Below, piece after piece: positions 16,919 to 38,291 of a stretch of 64,000 nt of DNA (position 1 is the stretch's first letter; each line of letters begins with the position of its first letter). A model generated the notes under the pieces. It was not told the DNA's origin and ran no database searches. It was given only the letters and a program-made list of their open reading frames with translations. Origin of the DNA: the human T2T-CHM13v2.0 reference genome, Homo sapiens. The stretch is from assembly GCF_009914755.1 (NCBI RefSeq), contig NC_060933.1, one strand, 5' to 3'. The translations under genes were made by a program, and so were the position numbers.

Positions 16919-19219
16919 AGACTGAGACTGTCAGAGTAAACAACAACAACAAAACCCATGATCCACCTACATGTTGTCTACTGAAATCCTCTTTAAATAT
17001 AAAATAGCAGGTAGATTTGAAGAGCTAGAGAAAGATATACCATGGTAACACTAACCAAAAAGAAAGCCAGAGTATCTAAATTAATTTTAGACAAAGCCAA
17101 CTGCAGAGCAAGGAAAATTATCAGAGATGAAAAAGGGTATTACACAATAATAAAGGGGTCAATATAACAAGAAGATATAATAATGCTTAATGTGTATATA
17201 CCTAGCAACAGAAGAGTCAAAATATATTAGGGGGAAACTGATAGAACTGCAAGGACAGAGAGACACATCCATTATTACCACTGGAGACTTCAACACCCCT
17301 CTATGAGTAAGTGACAGACTCAGCAGGAAGAAAATCATTAAGGATAGATTTGAACTGAACAGCACCATCAATCAACTGGATCTAACTGAATACTTTAGAA
17401 TTCAATTAGCGTTGTAGAATATTTTATCTAGACACTGCAGAATACACATTCTTCTCAAATACAAATGCACAATTCATTAAGTTAAACCACATTCTAGGCC
17501 ACAGAACACTTTACCAAATTTAAAAGAATAGAAATCACAAAAGGCATGTTCTTGAATTAGAATGGAATTAAACTAATAATAGCAGAAAGAGAGCTGAAAT
17601 ATCCTCAAATACCAAAAAATTTAAAAACACATTTCTAAATAATAAAACATGGTGAAAGAGAAAGTCTCGAGAGAAACAAAATTTTTTAACTAAGCCAGTA
17701 ATTAATAACCTTCCCAAACAGAAGGTACCAAGCCCAGATGATTCACTGGTGAGTTCTATCAACACTGGAGAAATAAATGATACCAATTTTCCACAATCTG
17801 TTGCAGAAAATAGAAGCAGAGTGACTATTTCTTAACTCATTCCATGGGCCAGCATTACCCTAATACCCAAACCAGCAAAACCTTACAAAAAAGTAAACTG
17901 CAAACAAATATCTCTCTTGAACATGGATGAAGCAATCCTTAAAAAATATTAGCAAATTGAACCAAACAATTTTTAAAAATGAACACCACAACCAAGTGGG
18001 ATTTACTCTAGATATGCCTTTAACATTTGAAAATTAATTAATATAGTCCATCAGATCAACAAGCTAAAGAATAAAAATCATATGCTTCCAGTACTTTCTG
18101 CTCAATTTCTATGTAAACTTAAAATTGCTAAAAAATATAAAGCCTATTAATATAAGAAAACTGATGGAGCAGAATGGAAAAATAAACAGATCCACAATTA
18201 TAGTACAGATTTCAAAATGTCTCTCTTAGCAACTGACAGAACTACTGGACAAGAAGTCAGCAAGGATATACAAGATCTGAACAACATAATCAAACAACAG
18301 GATCTCACTGAAATACATACAGAATACTCCACTTAAGAATAGCAGAATATACATTTTTTTTTCAAATGCCGATGAAACATTTACAAGACAGACCATATCC
18401 CGGCGAGCCAAACAAACCTCAACATATTTAAAAGAACTAAAATCATACAAAGTATATTCTCTAAGCATAATGGAATCAAACTGGAAATCAATACCAGAAA
18501 GAGAAAAAGAAAATCTCTAAACACTTAGAAATTTTTAAAAATACACTTCTAAATAAGCTACAGGTCAAAGAATATGCTTCAAAGAAATTTATTAAAATAC
18601 TTAAATGAAAATGAAACTACATGAAAAACTAAGTGAAAATGAGAATACAACATATCAAAATATGTGAAATGTAGGTAAAACTGTGTTGATAGGGAAAACG
18701 TAGCACTAAATGCCTACATTAGGAAAGAAGAAAGCCCTAAAGCCAATAATGTAAGTTCTTACCTCTAGAAACTAGAAAACAAAATTAACTCATACAAGCT
18801 GAAGGAAGGAGATAACAAAGAGAAGAGCAGATTTCAATAGAATTTGAAACAAAAATAATAGAGAAAATCATGAATCGAAAATCTAGTTCTAAAAAACAGT
18901 AAGATTGAAAAACTTCTATCAAGACTGACAGAGACAAAAACAGATGAGACAAACTATGAATATGAGAAATTTAAGTGGATATCACTACAGATGCTGGAGA
19001 CATCAAACAAATAATAAGAAAATACTATAAATAATTCTACACAAATCAACTTGACAATTCAGATTAATGGACAAATTTCTCAAAAAGTACAAACTACCAC
19101 AATTCACCTAACATTAAATAGGTAATTTAAGTAATTGTAACTATTAAGAAAATTGAATTCATAATTTAAAATTACTGAAAAAAAAATCTCTTGGCCCAGA
19201 TGGTTTTACTGGAGAATTC

Positions 19220-19535
<316 letters not shown>

Positions 19536-21863
19536 TTACTGGAGAATTCTACCAAATGTTTAAATAAAAATTAAAGTCAATTTTACATAATCTCTTCCAG
19601 AAAACAGGAGACTAGAGAATGTTACCAAATTCATTTTATGTAGGCAGTATTGTCCTGATACTGAAACCAGATAAAGACAATATGAAAAAAGAAAACTACA
19701 TATCAATATCTCTTATGAATTTGAATGCAAAAATATTCAATAAAATATTAATAAATGAAACACATTAGAAATGTATTTTTTAAATTATACATTATGGCAA
19801 AATGGGAGTTGCTCTAGTTATGCAAAGCTGATTCAACATATCAACAGACAAAAGAAGAAATATAATATTTTAATACCAATTGACACAGAAAAGACATTTG
19901 ACAAAAATCCAATGTCCTTTCAAAATAAAAACTGTCAGCCAACCAGGAATAAAAGGGAACTACCTCCACATAACATAGGAAACAAGAATGAATGCTTTTC
20001 CCCTAAGACAGGAAACAAGGCAAGGATGTCTGCCCTCACCACTCTAGTTCAACCTAGGATTGAAAGTCTAGCTACTGCAATAAAGCAAGAAAAATAAATT
20101 AACTCCCTACAGATTGACGAGGCAGAAATAAAGCTGACTCTACTTGCAGATGACATGATTTTCCATATAGAAAATCCCAAGGAAACTAAAAAAAAATTAA
20201 GTTCAAAAAAGAGCTTATAAGATTAGTATGAAACAATCATATTTCATATTCTAACAAGAAACATGTAAACAAAAATGTAAAGCACAACAGCACTTATAAT
20301 CAATCAAGAAACTAACTAAATGCCTAAGCATACTTATAAAACATATAATCTCTGGATGCTAAGAATTACAAAATGCTGAGGCAAGAAATCAAAGATCCAA
20401 ATAAATGGAAAGATATCTCATGTTCATGGATTGGAAGACTCAAAACAGTGAAACACCAATTTTCCCTTCATTGAGCTATTATGTTTAATGTCATTCCCAT
20501 AAAAATTCTAGCAAGATGTTTGTAGACATAAACAAATTTATTACAAAATTTATACAGAATGAGGCAAGCTACAGACTTACTTAAACAATCTTGAAAAAGA
20601 AGAATAAAGCAGGAGGAATAACTCAACCCTGCTATACAGCTACCATGTTCAAGACAGTGTGATATTGGTGGAGGCATATAAATTAATGAAACAGATAAAG
20701 AATGCAGAAACAGACCCACCACACAAGTAAGTTCAACCAATTTTTAACAATATTTAAAATGCAATTCAATGCAGGAAGGATAGCCTTTTCAACAAATGGT
20801 TCTGGAGCAACTGAACATTCATAGTCAGAGAGAGTGAGAGAGAATCAACTCTCACATCTTATATAAAATGTGTCCCAAAATAGGGCATGGAATTAAAAGT
20901 AAAAGGTAAAACTAGAAAACTTTTAGGAAAAAAATTCAAAAATCTTTGGAATTGGAATTTAGGGTTAGGTAAAGAATTTTTAGAATTGACACGATGTGTA
21001 CAACCCATAAAAGGAAAATATGATAAACTGAATCTCATCAAAATTAAAACTTTTGCTCTAAAAAATTCCAGTTAAGAGTCGATGAATAGGCAAGCAACAG
21101 AGTGGGAAAAAATATTTGCAAATCACATATCCAGCAAAGGGCTAGTATCTAGAATGTATAAAGAACTGAAAATTCAACAGTAACAAAACAAATCCAAACA
21201 ATCCAATTAGAAAATGAACAACAACAAAAACACATTCACAGACATCTATCTCACTGAAAACGATATACAGATGGCAAATAAGCATATAAAACATGCTCAA
21301 TATTATTAGACATCAGGGAGACACAAATTAAAACCACAATAAAGATATTACTACACAGTTATCAGAATAGCTTAAATAAAAAATAGTCACAACACCAAAT
21401 GCTGATGAGCATGTGGAGGAAATGAAATCATACACTGTTGGTGGGAATGGTACAACCATTCTAGAAAACAATTTGGCAGCTTTTTATAAAACTAAGTATG
21501 CAATTACCATATATGACCCACCAATTGCACTTTGGGGCATTAATTCCAGAGAAATGAAAACTGATGTTCACACAAAACCTGTACACAATGTTCATAAAAG
21601 CTTTATTCATAATTGCCCCAAACTGTAAACAAACAACCCAGATGCCCTTCAATGAGTGAATAAACTCTGGTATATCCATGCCACCGATTGCTAATCAGCA
21701 ATGAAAAGGAACAAATTACTGATATACACAATTATGCAAATGAATCTAGAGAGGATTACACAGAGTGAAAAAAACTCAACCACAAAGAGTACATACTATA
21801 TAATTTCATTTACATAACATTCTTGAAATTTAAAAAAACCCATAGAAATGGAGAACATACTAG

Positions 21864-22199
<336 letters not shown>

Positions 22200-22940
22200 A
22201 ATAGGAGGAATTCTTGTGCTGATGGAAATACTGTGTATCTTGACTGTATGGATGTCAAGATTCCGGCTGTGATATTGCACTATACTTCTACAAGATGTCA
22301 CCTTGGGGTGGGGGAACTGCTTAACGGCTACTCGGGTTCTCTCTGTTACTTCTCACAAGTGTATGTAAATCTACAATTATCTCAAATTTTTTTTTAAATT
22401 ATCTTTTCAAAAGAGGAGAAATAGGGAAATTCTCACTGATGGGAGTAGAATATTCCATTTCTTGTGTTATTTTAGCCCCTAGCCCAGTAGTTTCCAAAAG
22501 ATCACCTGGGGATTTTTTTTTTAAACAATTCCAAAGCCAAGGCTACACTTCATTCAACAGCAATGAACTAACAAATAATTAAGTTTTGTAATGCCAACTT
22601 TAAAAAACTGGAGAACTGGGAAGGAGAGTTTCTTACTTACTGAACTTATGTAAGCTATCTCATTTATAAAAGAAACCCCATGAGATCAATACTACAGGGT
22701 CCATTTCATCAAAGAGGAAACAAAGTCTGAGAAAGATTAAGGAATGGCCTAAATTTCCACAGCTGCTAAGTGACAGACTTACCACTTGAACTTCAAACTT
22801 TGAATGCAACCAGACCTTTGCTCTTTCTACTAGACCAAATTGGCTGGCAGGCATCCAGGGGAGAGAGGGATCACCCTGGGAAGGGACCCAGATGCCGACT
22901 GCACAGGTCTAGCACAGTGGGTAAGATTTAAGAGTGTGAG

Positions 22941-23211
22941 GGCCGGGCGCGGTGGCTCACGCCTGTAATCCCAACACTTTGGGAGGCTGAGGCGGGCGGA
23001 TCACCTGAGGTCAGGAGTTCAAGAACAGCCTGACCAACACGGTGAAACCCCGTCTCTACTAAAAATACAAAAATTAGCCGGGCATGGCGGCACCCGCCTG
23101 TATTCTCAGCTATTCGGGAGGCTGAGGCAGGAGAATCGCTTGAATCCGGGAGGGGAGGGGGTTGCAGTGAGCAAAGATCGTGCCACTGCACTCCAGCCTG
23201 GGTGACAGAGA
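22941..23211 (+). mobile_element. AluS-like lacking A tail
   Basis: GGCCGGGCGCGGTGGCTCAC start; ends at GTGACAGAG. Confidence 0.9.
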
Positions 23212-23431
23212 GGCCAATCCAGGCAGAGGAAATGGTCTGGCATATTCCAGGGGCTGATTGGCCAGACAGATTAGGGAAGGCAATGCAGGTATGGGTTAGC
23301 GGATCAGCGCAAACCACCTTCAGATGACAGTCATACACCACTTTCCAACTTAAAGATTTTGTATTGAAAATTAAAGAGTGAAATTTAATTTAAGTGGCTT
23401 TATTATGCTACCGACATATACTGTTTTTGTT

Positions 23432-23532
23432 TTTTTAAGACAAGGTGTTGCTCTGCTGCCCAAGCTGGAGGCAGTGAAGCAATCACAGCTCACTGCAGCC
23501 TGGACTTCCTGGGCTCCAGTGATCCTCCCGCC
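23432..23532 (-). mobile_element. Alu monomer fragment
   Basis: Right-arm-like reverse fragment. Confidence 0.7.
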
Positions 23533-24224
23533 TATATACTATTTGGGATTGCTAAAACTAAAAAAAGAAAGGCAAATTTCAGTATTTAACTATAATTAGC
23601 AATAAAGTGCTTTCAAGAAACTATATGGAAACTGTTGGAGAGCAGCGGTGAGTCCTGCAGGGGACTTGTGGGGATTCCGGAAAGGAGGGGGAAGTTGGTC
23701 TTTAACTTAGGAGAAGATGGTTTTGATGCAGGCAGAGTTTCCAAAACATTACTTCCATATATGAAGATTAAGGTATACATTTCTCAAGATATAATTTCAA
23801 AAAAATGAGACACCCACTGACAAAAGGTTTTAATAACCCTAGTCATTATTTCATCCTAGACCACAGTGAAAGTGGCGGGGCTGAGGAAGGGCATATTCAG
23901 TTAATCTAAAGGGAGGAAACAAACGTTCCAGGTAGATTTAGAGGAAGACTTTGACCAGAGTAAGGTGGTTACCGGTTCCCACTGGTCTTCATGAAGAATT
24001 GTTAGACCCAGCCTGCCCTACAGCCATTATCTCCTCAGTGTGAACGGAAAGCTAAGGCATAAGTTATCAGCAAAATTTCCCTTGATTAAGAAAGGACAAG
24101 TCACTAGTCCTGCATATGAACGCGCTGAACGTCTCTCAACGGTCAGGAAGGCGCTCTTGAATGCTCTTTGGTCCAACCAAGAGCGGGAAGAGAAGGAGAG
24201 AGTGGTCAGGGCTTTGAACTAAGA

Positions 24225-24600
<376 letters not shown>

Positions 24601-24750
24601 CCTGTCTTTTATGTGAATTAACGTTTAATTGAAATTTACATTACTGCATGTTTGCCGCGATTTGAGGAGTTGGACCTGTGTAACAATGTACTGAGCCAGA
24701 ACTCAGCCTCTAAGAGAAAGCATATTGGAAGAACTGATGACCAAACTTTT

Positions 24751-24760
24751 GTGACGTCAC
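24751..24760. promoter_or_regulatory. Full palindromic CRE (GTGACGTCAC)
   Basis: Exact TGACGTCA at 24752-24759 within a 10-bp palindrome, ~150 bp from the CpG island. Function untested. Confidence 0.4.
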
Positions 24761-25796
24761 GCCTAAAAGTGTATCATGTAAGCAATGACTTTTTAGTTGT
24801 TAAAACCATTTTTTTATATCAACACAAGCATGGGGCCAAACTGTTACTACCTGGACCTTTATCTTTTTAAACTCATCTGCATTTTCCTCATCTGTATGTG
24901 CCTCTATTTCTTTCATTATCGAATAAATTTATAAAAGATACATATTGGGACGATGTGACGCACATACTCACAGGTATGATAGGAAGCAGCTCTATTAAAA
25001 TAAAGTGGTTTAATTATGTCAGCTTATCCATCAGTGACCAAGCCCAGAGGAATCAGAGGCCTTGAGCTTCTAACAGCACTTTCCAGGCGGTGACCCTGAG
25101 CATCTGACTGCCTGCTGACATCATTTCTGATGTATCTCTGTCACTTGATTACTTATATTGTTTTGATGAAATAAAAACAAAATGACTCCACAATCTCAAA
25201 AGGGAAGAAGTGCATCTTGAGTTCTTTAGTGTTCCCAAAAATGGACCTCCCACCAGACTTGAAGTCACTTTAATTCTACTATGCTGGTGCTGTCTGGTCC
25301 TTTAACCTCTAATAAGATGTATTTAGAATAATGGACATTTTACATAAAAATTTTCCGAACTGGAGAAATGAAGAAACATTCGTATGGGGATTTTTTAAGA
25401 ACTACGAAACAAAACAATGTGATACATTTTACCTTGAGAAATCACCCTGCCAGCCCTTCACATCTCAGGATTTCTAATGGCTTGGCTGCTAACTGTGCGT
25501 AAGACAAATTTCACAGCCTTACTGTTACTTACACACGCCTAACAACAGAGATCAGAGGAAAGAAGGAAAAGAAAACCAGCCATGCTACTGAAATATCTCT
25601 TTAGTCACAGAACCCATGGAGAGGAAAGGTGTGATATCCACAAATGAGCCACAAGTACAGAAAAAAATCTGCAAATTTAAATAATGAATGCAATTTTAAA
25701 TTAAATTATCACTCCACTCACTGTACTCACCAAAGGAGGCTCTAAGTGTGCCTATGGTAATTTCAATTCCATGGGTTCTTCCTTTAATATTGCTCT

Positions 25797-26200
<404 letters not shown>

Positions 26201-26664
26201 TGAATCAAATATAGAAAAACCTATGGAACACTAAGTTGGGCATTGAAGATGATCAACCACATGCCATTTTTGGCCATGTGTTCATGATTTGTTGTACAAT
26301 GGGAGAGAAATGATGGTCCAGAGTAGTTCACATAGGCCGGTGGGCAGTATGATAGATTTGCAGTCACCCATGGTTAAGATGTGATCACAGAAATGCCCTC
26401 AGTACTGAGAAGGGAACTGTTCAGAATACATCTGTAAAACTTGTTTTTCTGAAGAGTAGAATAGTAACCAGGGACATTATAGGCTATGCATTTGTGTTTA
26501 TAAAATTCCACTTGACTCACTTCTCCTTATAATATCAGTAGTAAAACACCCAAAGAAGGACATAGACCATTGTGGTTTCCTTAATTGCTCATAATTTATT
26601 TCAATTGATTATAAGCATATTGGAACTGGAAAGGATCTTAAAGAGCATCTAATATAACCCTTAT

Positions 26665-26773
26665 ATTTTTCTTTTTCTTTTTTATTAGAGATAGGGTCTC
26701 CCTCTGTTGCCCAGCTTGGAGTGCAGTGGCACCTTCATAGTTTACTGCAGCCTCGACCTCCTGGGCTCAAGTG
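26665..26773 (-). mobile_element. Alu fragment (AluJ/FRAM-like)
   Basis: Reverse right-arm 3' half. Confidence 0.7.
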
Positions 26774-26989
26774 AATTGGACCTGAGTAGATTAATTATAA
26801 CAGTGGCTAAATGTGGAAAGGGGATCAGAGGTGTGGCTGAGTCTGAACACACTGGAGGCTGTCTCACTAGCCCAGAAGGAGGGTAACTGTAACACGTTGA
26901 TCCCTGTTCCACTCCTGTTGCTCAAATAAATATCCGACTTTGAAAATTAAGCTAATTTAACTTCATGATTTTGATTGGAATTAACAGTA

Positions 26990-27665
<676 letters not shown>

Positions 27666-27769
27666 TTAAAATTTACTTAGTATATCATATGAAATCCCCA
27701 GCATCTGGTATACCCATTCCTATATGTCCCAGAAGAAGAAAGAAAATAAGATCCACTGTTCTGTTGTCA

Positions 27770-30370
<2,601 letters not shown>

Positions 30371-31118
30371 GAAGCAACTGCTTTTTGAAGGTTATTACCA
30401 TATATACATTTCAAGCTATTAGAGTAGTTTGAAATTGCACATTTTATAATCATTATTGCTTGATTTGTACAACTAGAGAATTTATTACTGGCTATAGCGC
30501 AATGGGGCATCTAAAGAGAAGGTGACATTTTCTAGGGCAGAAAAGAGACCAGAGTTTAGTGATTCCCCTATCATTAGCTAGATTTTGTCAGTAGATACTT
30601 CCCTAACCAACTTTTCTGAGCCTTGGTTTCCTCATCTTAAAATGATGACAACCAAGGTCCTTCCTGGTTGTGACTTTGGTTGAGTCTTTTGATATCCACC
30701 AAGACCATTTTTATGGGATTTCTCACTTTGCTTTCATTGTTTGAGTCAGGGGATTTTGGAGGTAATTGGTATCTTATGGCAGAACGCCTGTGTTTCTTTA
30801 TCTTCAGCACATTGCTGTGCAGGTGGCTCTGAATCTTCTGAACGTCCCCTGTAAAGTTTTACTACTTTTTGGCAATCTTTGCTAAGGCACTTTAAATGCC
30901 CATGTAATTTCAGTTATTTGTTTCTTTTTCCTTGATGCTTGCTGACCCATTTGGTTATTGTCCAAATTTATGAAACTTTTGAAACCTTTTGTCAGCACAA
31001 TAAATGAGAACAGTTTATTCCAGATTTCCACTTTGCAGAGAGTTGGAAGAGCTAGGTGACAACAAATTTCTGTAAAAATGTAACTATTTAAAAGGCATTC
31101 TAGTGCAATCTTCTATAA

Positions 31119-31441
<323 letters not shown>

Positions 31442-31844
31442 CAAGCAGTGTTCATTTCTAATATCTAAAGCACGAGAAATAATCAAGTTTCTTTGGTTAT
31501 GAAAAAATTATATGCCATAAAAATCACTAAATTATTTAAGATGCACATAGAACATTAACATATCTATGTTATTTCTTAGCACTTTTAAAGACCTCTGTTT
31601 TTTCTAAATACAGAAAGCATGTAAATTACCGAATCAGAGGTTTGTATTTTTCATGATGCACATGAACAGATGTATTACGAAGAGTGTAGGAGCTAGAGAG
31701 ATGCCTTGGCAGAGCACTGAATCTTTCCTATAATCCAACCCAGGCAAACAAGAAATACAAGAAAATTTTGTTGACAACAAAATTAATAAATATATATTTA
31801 ATGCTTCTACTTAGCAAGTACACACTATCAAACTGCATGTTTTA

Positions 31845-32198
<354 letters not shown>

Positions 32199-33637
32199 TT
32201 AAAAAATTAAATCTATTTTTATTAACAAAGGAGAAAAAAATTACCTAGTCAAAATACATTCAAATGTTGGATGTTGTTAGATGCTGAATAAATATTTGGT
32301 CACAGTGTATTTCTATTTTGAGGAAGAAGGAAAGATTGTGTTGGTGTTCAAACATGAAGATGTGCTTACAGTGGGAATGCGATACTATCTTCAATAGACA
32401 ATCTTTTGGCAATGTCTAGAGACTGTAGTTTCTCTACATAAATGTTTTCTTTTGCTTTTAGGCAAGAAAGCATGCAAACTCTGAAGCACAGTGTAAAACA
32501 CTTGAAGAGATATGAGAGGAAAACTTTGTGAATCTGAATTCTGCGTGCTATTGAAACATGGTTCTTTTCAAACTCATGGCAACTATACCTCAGAATTAAA
32601 CTCTATAATTAAGGAAGAAACCCTCATTCACCCTGTAATAACTGAATACCTGAGCACATTAAACTGCCTAAATAATCTGGTATTTTCCCATAAGCATTCT
32701 GTAAAGTTTTTCTTAAGCTATGCGGCAGTTATACCCTTTGCTTCCTTTAAAACAATATGAATGAGCATTTTAAAGAGATAAATAGAATTTATAAGCTATC
32801 AACATCTCATCATTAAAAAATAATTAAAGCTGATTTAAAAAAGAAACTTCCCTAAGTATTTTGCAAGTGACAATTCAAGACAGCTGAAATTCAAAACAGG
32901 AGAGAAACTTTTTTGAAAGATATCCCTATATAATGTAAATTTACTCTAGCATAATTGAATATTTTCATTTGTGCAAGCAAATGTTTTACCAAGTACAAGG
33001 TATGGAATTAATATCTGCAGGAGATGGACATTGCTAATCTTTATTTTTTTGCCACTTATGGCATATTGATTTAAATAGATACATATATTTGTATATGTCT
33101 GGTAGGATTCACTCAAATTAATAACAATACTTAAATATAGGGCACAGACTAGGTTTGGAATGGAGACAAATATTGAGGAAAGTGACTAGAATTTGTGCTT
33201 TATGTGAATTTTTTGGCTTTTTAAATGATAATGTACACATGTATTAATGTATAGTATATATCAATTGAATACAATTAATGAGTTATATACAATTAATAAT
33301 TATATACAATTAATTAGTTGCACATAATTGATACATGTTATACAATTAGAAATACAAAATAACCTATTCAACTAGGTGTGGCAGTCTAGTCTCACAGTGA
33401 ATGACTGTGGACTTGGCAAATTTCTACCTATAGCCGTCAACTATTAGATGAGACTGACACTTGAAATACTTTTTCAATCTCCTGATATTTTCCCTCAGAA
33501 GTTTTTGGAGTTATATTTTGATTGCAGTGAATAACCATGGACTAATATAACTCATTGATTAATTGCAACATTAAATGCAATCAGATGATGCTGAGTGTGG
33601 TGGTGGATATAAATTTGCCAGGTAACACACAAGATTA

Positions 33638-34145
<508 letters not shown>

Positions 34146-34649
34146 TCAATCTGTGAGAGTCACTCCTGGACTGTCTCCTCTTTTGCCCAGATCCTTTACA
34201 GAACCTCAGGACTGGGAGCGCAGAATTCTCATTCCATGTATGAACTGTGGTTTTAACACTCCACAGCCTGCCTTTCTCCTGTGGCTTTTGTGAAAATCAA
34301 ATGTCTCACGGAAGAGTTCTTAAAAGTTTCAATTAGGAACTCAGGATGAGCAAGTGGAACTGAGGACTTTGCATCTCTGTTTCCTTGAAGACCCAGGGAT
34401 GGGCGAAATATTCCTGAGGAGAAGTTGCTCAGAAACGTCAGTAGAGATATACAGAAAGAAAACTTTAAAAGTTAAAAACAAATAGGAAAAAAAAGGCTTT
34501 TCAGATTCTGTGATGTTCTAATTATAACAGGTTAGAGGTCAATAAAATGGCATGGCCTTTGAAATTCAGAGGGTGATTCTTCAGTAAAGACAGATGATTT
34601 TTAATATGGCAGAGGCAGTTGAGAAGTGTTAGAATATGCCATCCCTTAG

Positions 34650-35040
34650 ACATTGTTCTTACACTTAAATGTCTACCAGAAGCATGAGGAAGGTTGGTTA
34701 CAAGAGACTCGGGGCCCCATCTCCAGCGATTCTGATTTAGTAAGTTTGGGTAAGGCCTGAGAGTCTTTACTTGCAACAGGCTCCCAGGGGCTGTGGGTGC
34801 TGCTGGTGCATGGACCACCAATCAGGCATCCTGGAGCCAAGGCTGTGGAGCCAACCTCCTTAGCTCAACTCCTCATCTTCCCACAAACTAGCTGGGGGCC
34901 AAGTTACTTAACCTCTTTCTGTCCTCAACTCTGCAATGAAGATAATAAGAGTACTTTCTTCCTGGAGCTTCTTTAGGGTTAAATGAGTTAATATATGCAA
35001 AGCAATAGCAGAGGGCTGACATAAGTACTCAATACATTAA
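34650..35040. mobile_element. MER5A-like MITE followed by MIR
   Basis: GATTCTGATTTAGTAAGTTTGGG...TGCTGCTGGTGCATGGACCAC, then CAAGTTACTTAACCTCT...TAAATGAGTTAATATATG. Confidence 0.65.
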
Positions 35041-35505
35041 TACTTTTACACTTATTCACTTTACAATCATCATCACCACCACCAAAGAAAATCACAGTCA
35101 TTGTAAGAGATCTTAAAGGTCCTCTAGTTTCTAGCTGATATCCCATTACCTCTTCAAAAATCTTACCATGTACAATCCCATGATTGCATCATCCCAGTGA
35201 TTGTTAAAAAATCTTTAAATACCTTAAATGTAGCATTGACAGCCTGGCAAGGGGTTGTTTTTCCACCTTTCTTTGACTGAGAAGATTCTCAGAATTAAAA
35301 GTATGGTCCAACTCAAGTAATGGAACAAGCTGTTACATCATGCATTTTTAATTTAATTTAGTTTCTACCTTTTACTATATCTGATTCTCCTAGACTTATT
35401 TCCCCATTGCTTGCCAGTTTCTTTTTTTCAATCCTATGCGTACCACGTATTTCTGTGCACTGTCTCAACACCTTGTATTAAATAAGGTGGATTAAAAGTA
35501 AACTA

Positions 35506-35802
<297 letters not shown>

Positions 35803-36279
35803 TTACCAAAAACAGGTTAACCAAAAACAGGTTAATGTGAAAGAGCAGCATATGCAAGATAACCCCACATGACGTGATTACTGGGTCTGCCATCAAGGTT
35901 CTCTAATTATATTGACAAACTTTAGATAAATATATCCATTAGCATGCAGCTGATTATTAGGTTTCTGAGACAGCTGAATTTTCAACACATTTCTTTTTTT
36001 CTTTGTCCCAAGTGACACAATAACTTGACATGTGGCTAGCAAAACCAATTACATACATAAAACTATGAAATATGGCATGCTCCGTTACTATATTGTGGTC
36101 ATTTTTAAAAGAAAGAAGGGGAAACAGGGAGGAAGATACAGAGGGGAGAAGAAAGAAACAGGAACAGCTTCAGTCACATAGTGACAGAGGTTCAGAAATT
36201 TTGAAGAACATTTAATTTAGGTCATCTTGTCACCTTTTAGATTTGCAATAAGCAGTCGGTTATTGCTTTTTAAGCAATC

Positions 36280-36465
36280 TTAACACTGGTAATATGTCAA
36301 TATGACCCAAAGCAATCCACAAATTCAATACAATTCTTATTAAAATCCCAATGCCTTTTTTTGCAGAAAACAAAAATCCATCCTAAAATTCATAGGGAAC
36401 CTCAAGGGACCCTGAACTAGCCAAAACAATCTTGAAAAAGAACAGTTGGAGGTCTCACACTTTCA
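36280..36465 (+). mobile_element. L1M ORF2 fragment
   Basis: CCCAAAGCAATCCACAAATTCAATACAAT...AATCTTGAAAAAGAAC...GGAGGTCTCACACTT. Confidence 0.75.
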
Positions 36466-37804
36466 GAATTCTTGGAATCTGCTGCCGCCCACTATAATAT
36501 TGGGGGCCTAGCATGCCTGCCTCTCAGGATTGTTAGGGGAACAGGGAGCAGGGTACACTATGGAAACTGACCAGCACCTGACACAGAGTGTCACCAAGAG
36601 GTAGTGTGACCTTCTGGAGGCCTGGCCTGAATACCATGACCCACCTCTGCCTTGAGCAGGGTTGGATCTCAGCCTCTGGCCGCTGTCTCCCACTGCTGAG
36701 TACACAGCTAAGGACCTGGTAAAGAGTGAAGATTCTAAAGGACACTGACCTTCCAGGCCGTGAGGGACATCATAGTCCATGCTGGAGCGGCAGAGGCGGG
36801 GAGCACCCAAGTGCCCCTCACCATGGGACCCAGAGAAGTAACAGAAGAGGGGCCGGGAGGTTGTGACAGGCCTCCTGGCTGTGGTGGAAGGACGACCAGC
36901 AGAGAACTGGGGTATGAAGTTGACAGAAAGCCCCAGGGGCCTGTATTTGGCCTCGGGAGAGGTCCTTTGAGGGGAACCTGAGGGGCTGGGAAGAATCCGC
37001 AGCATTCCCTACCCTCCCCATGCCCCCAGCCCCCTATCCTGGCTCTCCAGCACTGCACCACCAGCTCAGGGCCAAGACTTCCATAATTACATGGTGTTAA
37101 TGAGCATTTAGTCTGCATTCAGAGAAGAGTTAGGGGCCATGAGAATCACAACTTTTCAAGTATTTCAAAGGCCAAGGCATGGAAAAGCCTGTGTGAACTG
37201 ATCAGAAGAGGGGCAGTTGGAGTGACAGGCAAGGTTGGCTGGGGTGGGGGCCCACCCTCATACCATTTTTAAAAGAGCAGCTGTTCCTCTTCCCCCACAT
37301 CCTTCTCCCTCTCCTCCCCTTCCTTCTTAATATAATGGAGCATCTTAAGATCATACCTGACTTGAAGATTCCACAAATTTTAAAAAACATTAAAAACCAC
37401 TGCTGTTTGATATCAACAGGGAGAGAATAACTTTAGTTCAAAATATTTGGAAATAAGAACTATTTAAGTGATCTAGAGACTACCAACAAGTATACACTAT
37501 TTTTCTTCAACTAAACACAACATGAATTGTGAAAAATTTACACGTAGTACAAATAATAGAGGAAGTAGCTAGCATGCAGAAGACCAACAGAGGGGAAGAT
37601 GGCAGAGGGAGGGCAGGAGTGGGGTCAGCAGCCTGGTCAGCACAGCCAGGTGAGGAGGTGACGGAGGCCTCCCTGCTCAGGGAGCCCCAGTTGGAATGCA
37701 GCACAGGACTCCATTGGAAGCTCTGCCATGTGGTATACAGGGCAAACCTTAAAAGAGTACAGCAGTCTGATGTAAGAGGTGATTAAGAAGTTAAAACCTA
37801 TCCT

Positions 37805-38186
<382 letters not shown>

Positions 38187-38291
38187 TTAAAATTTTGACT
38201 AAAAAAGATAACTTCATACCCCTTATCTGTCCCTAAGTAGGATTTTTAGGTCTGGTATTTGAGTAACATATGTTTCTACTTTGTGAATTAG

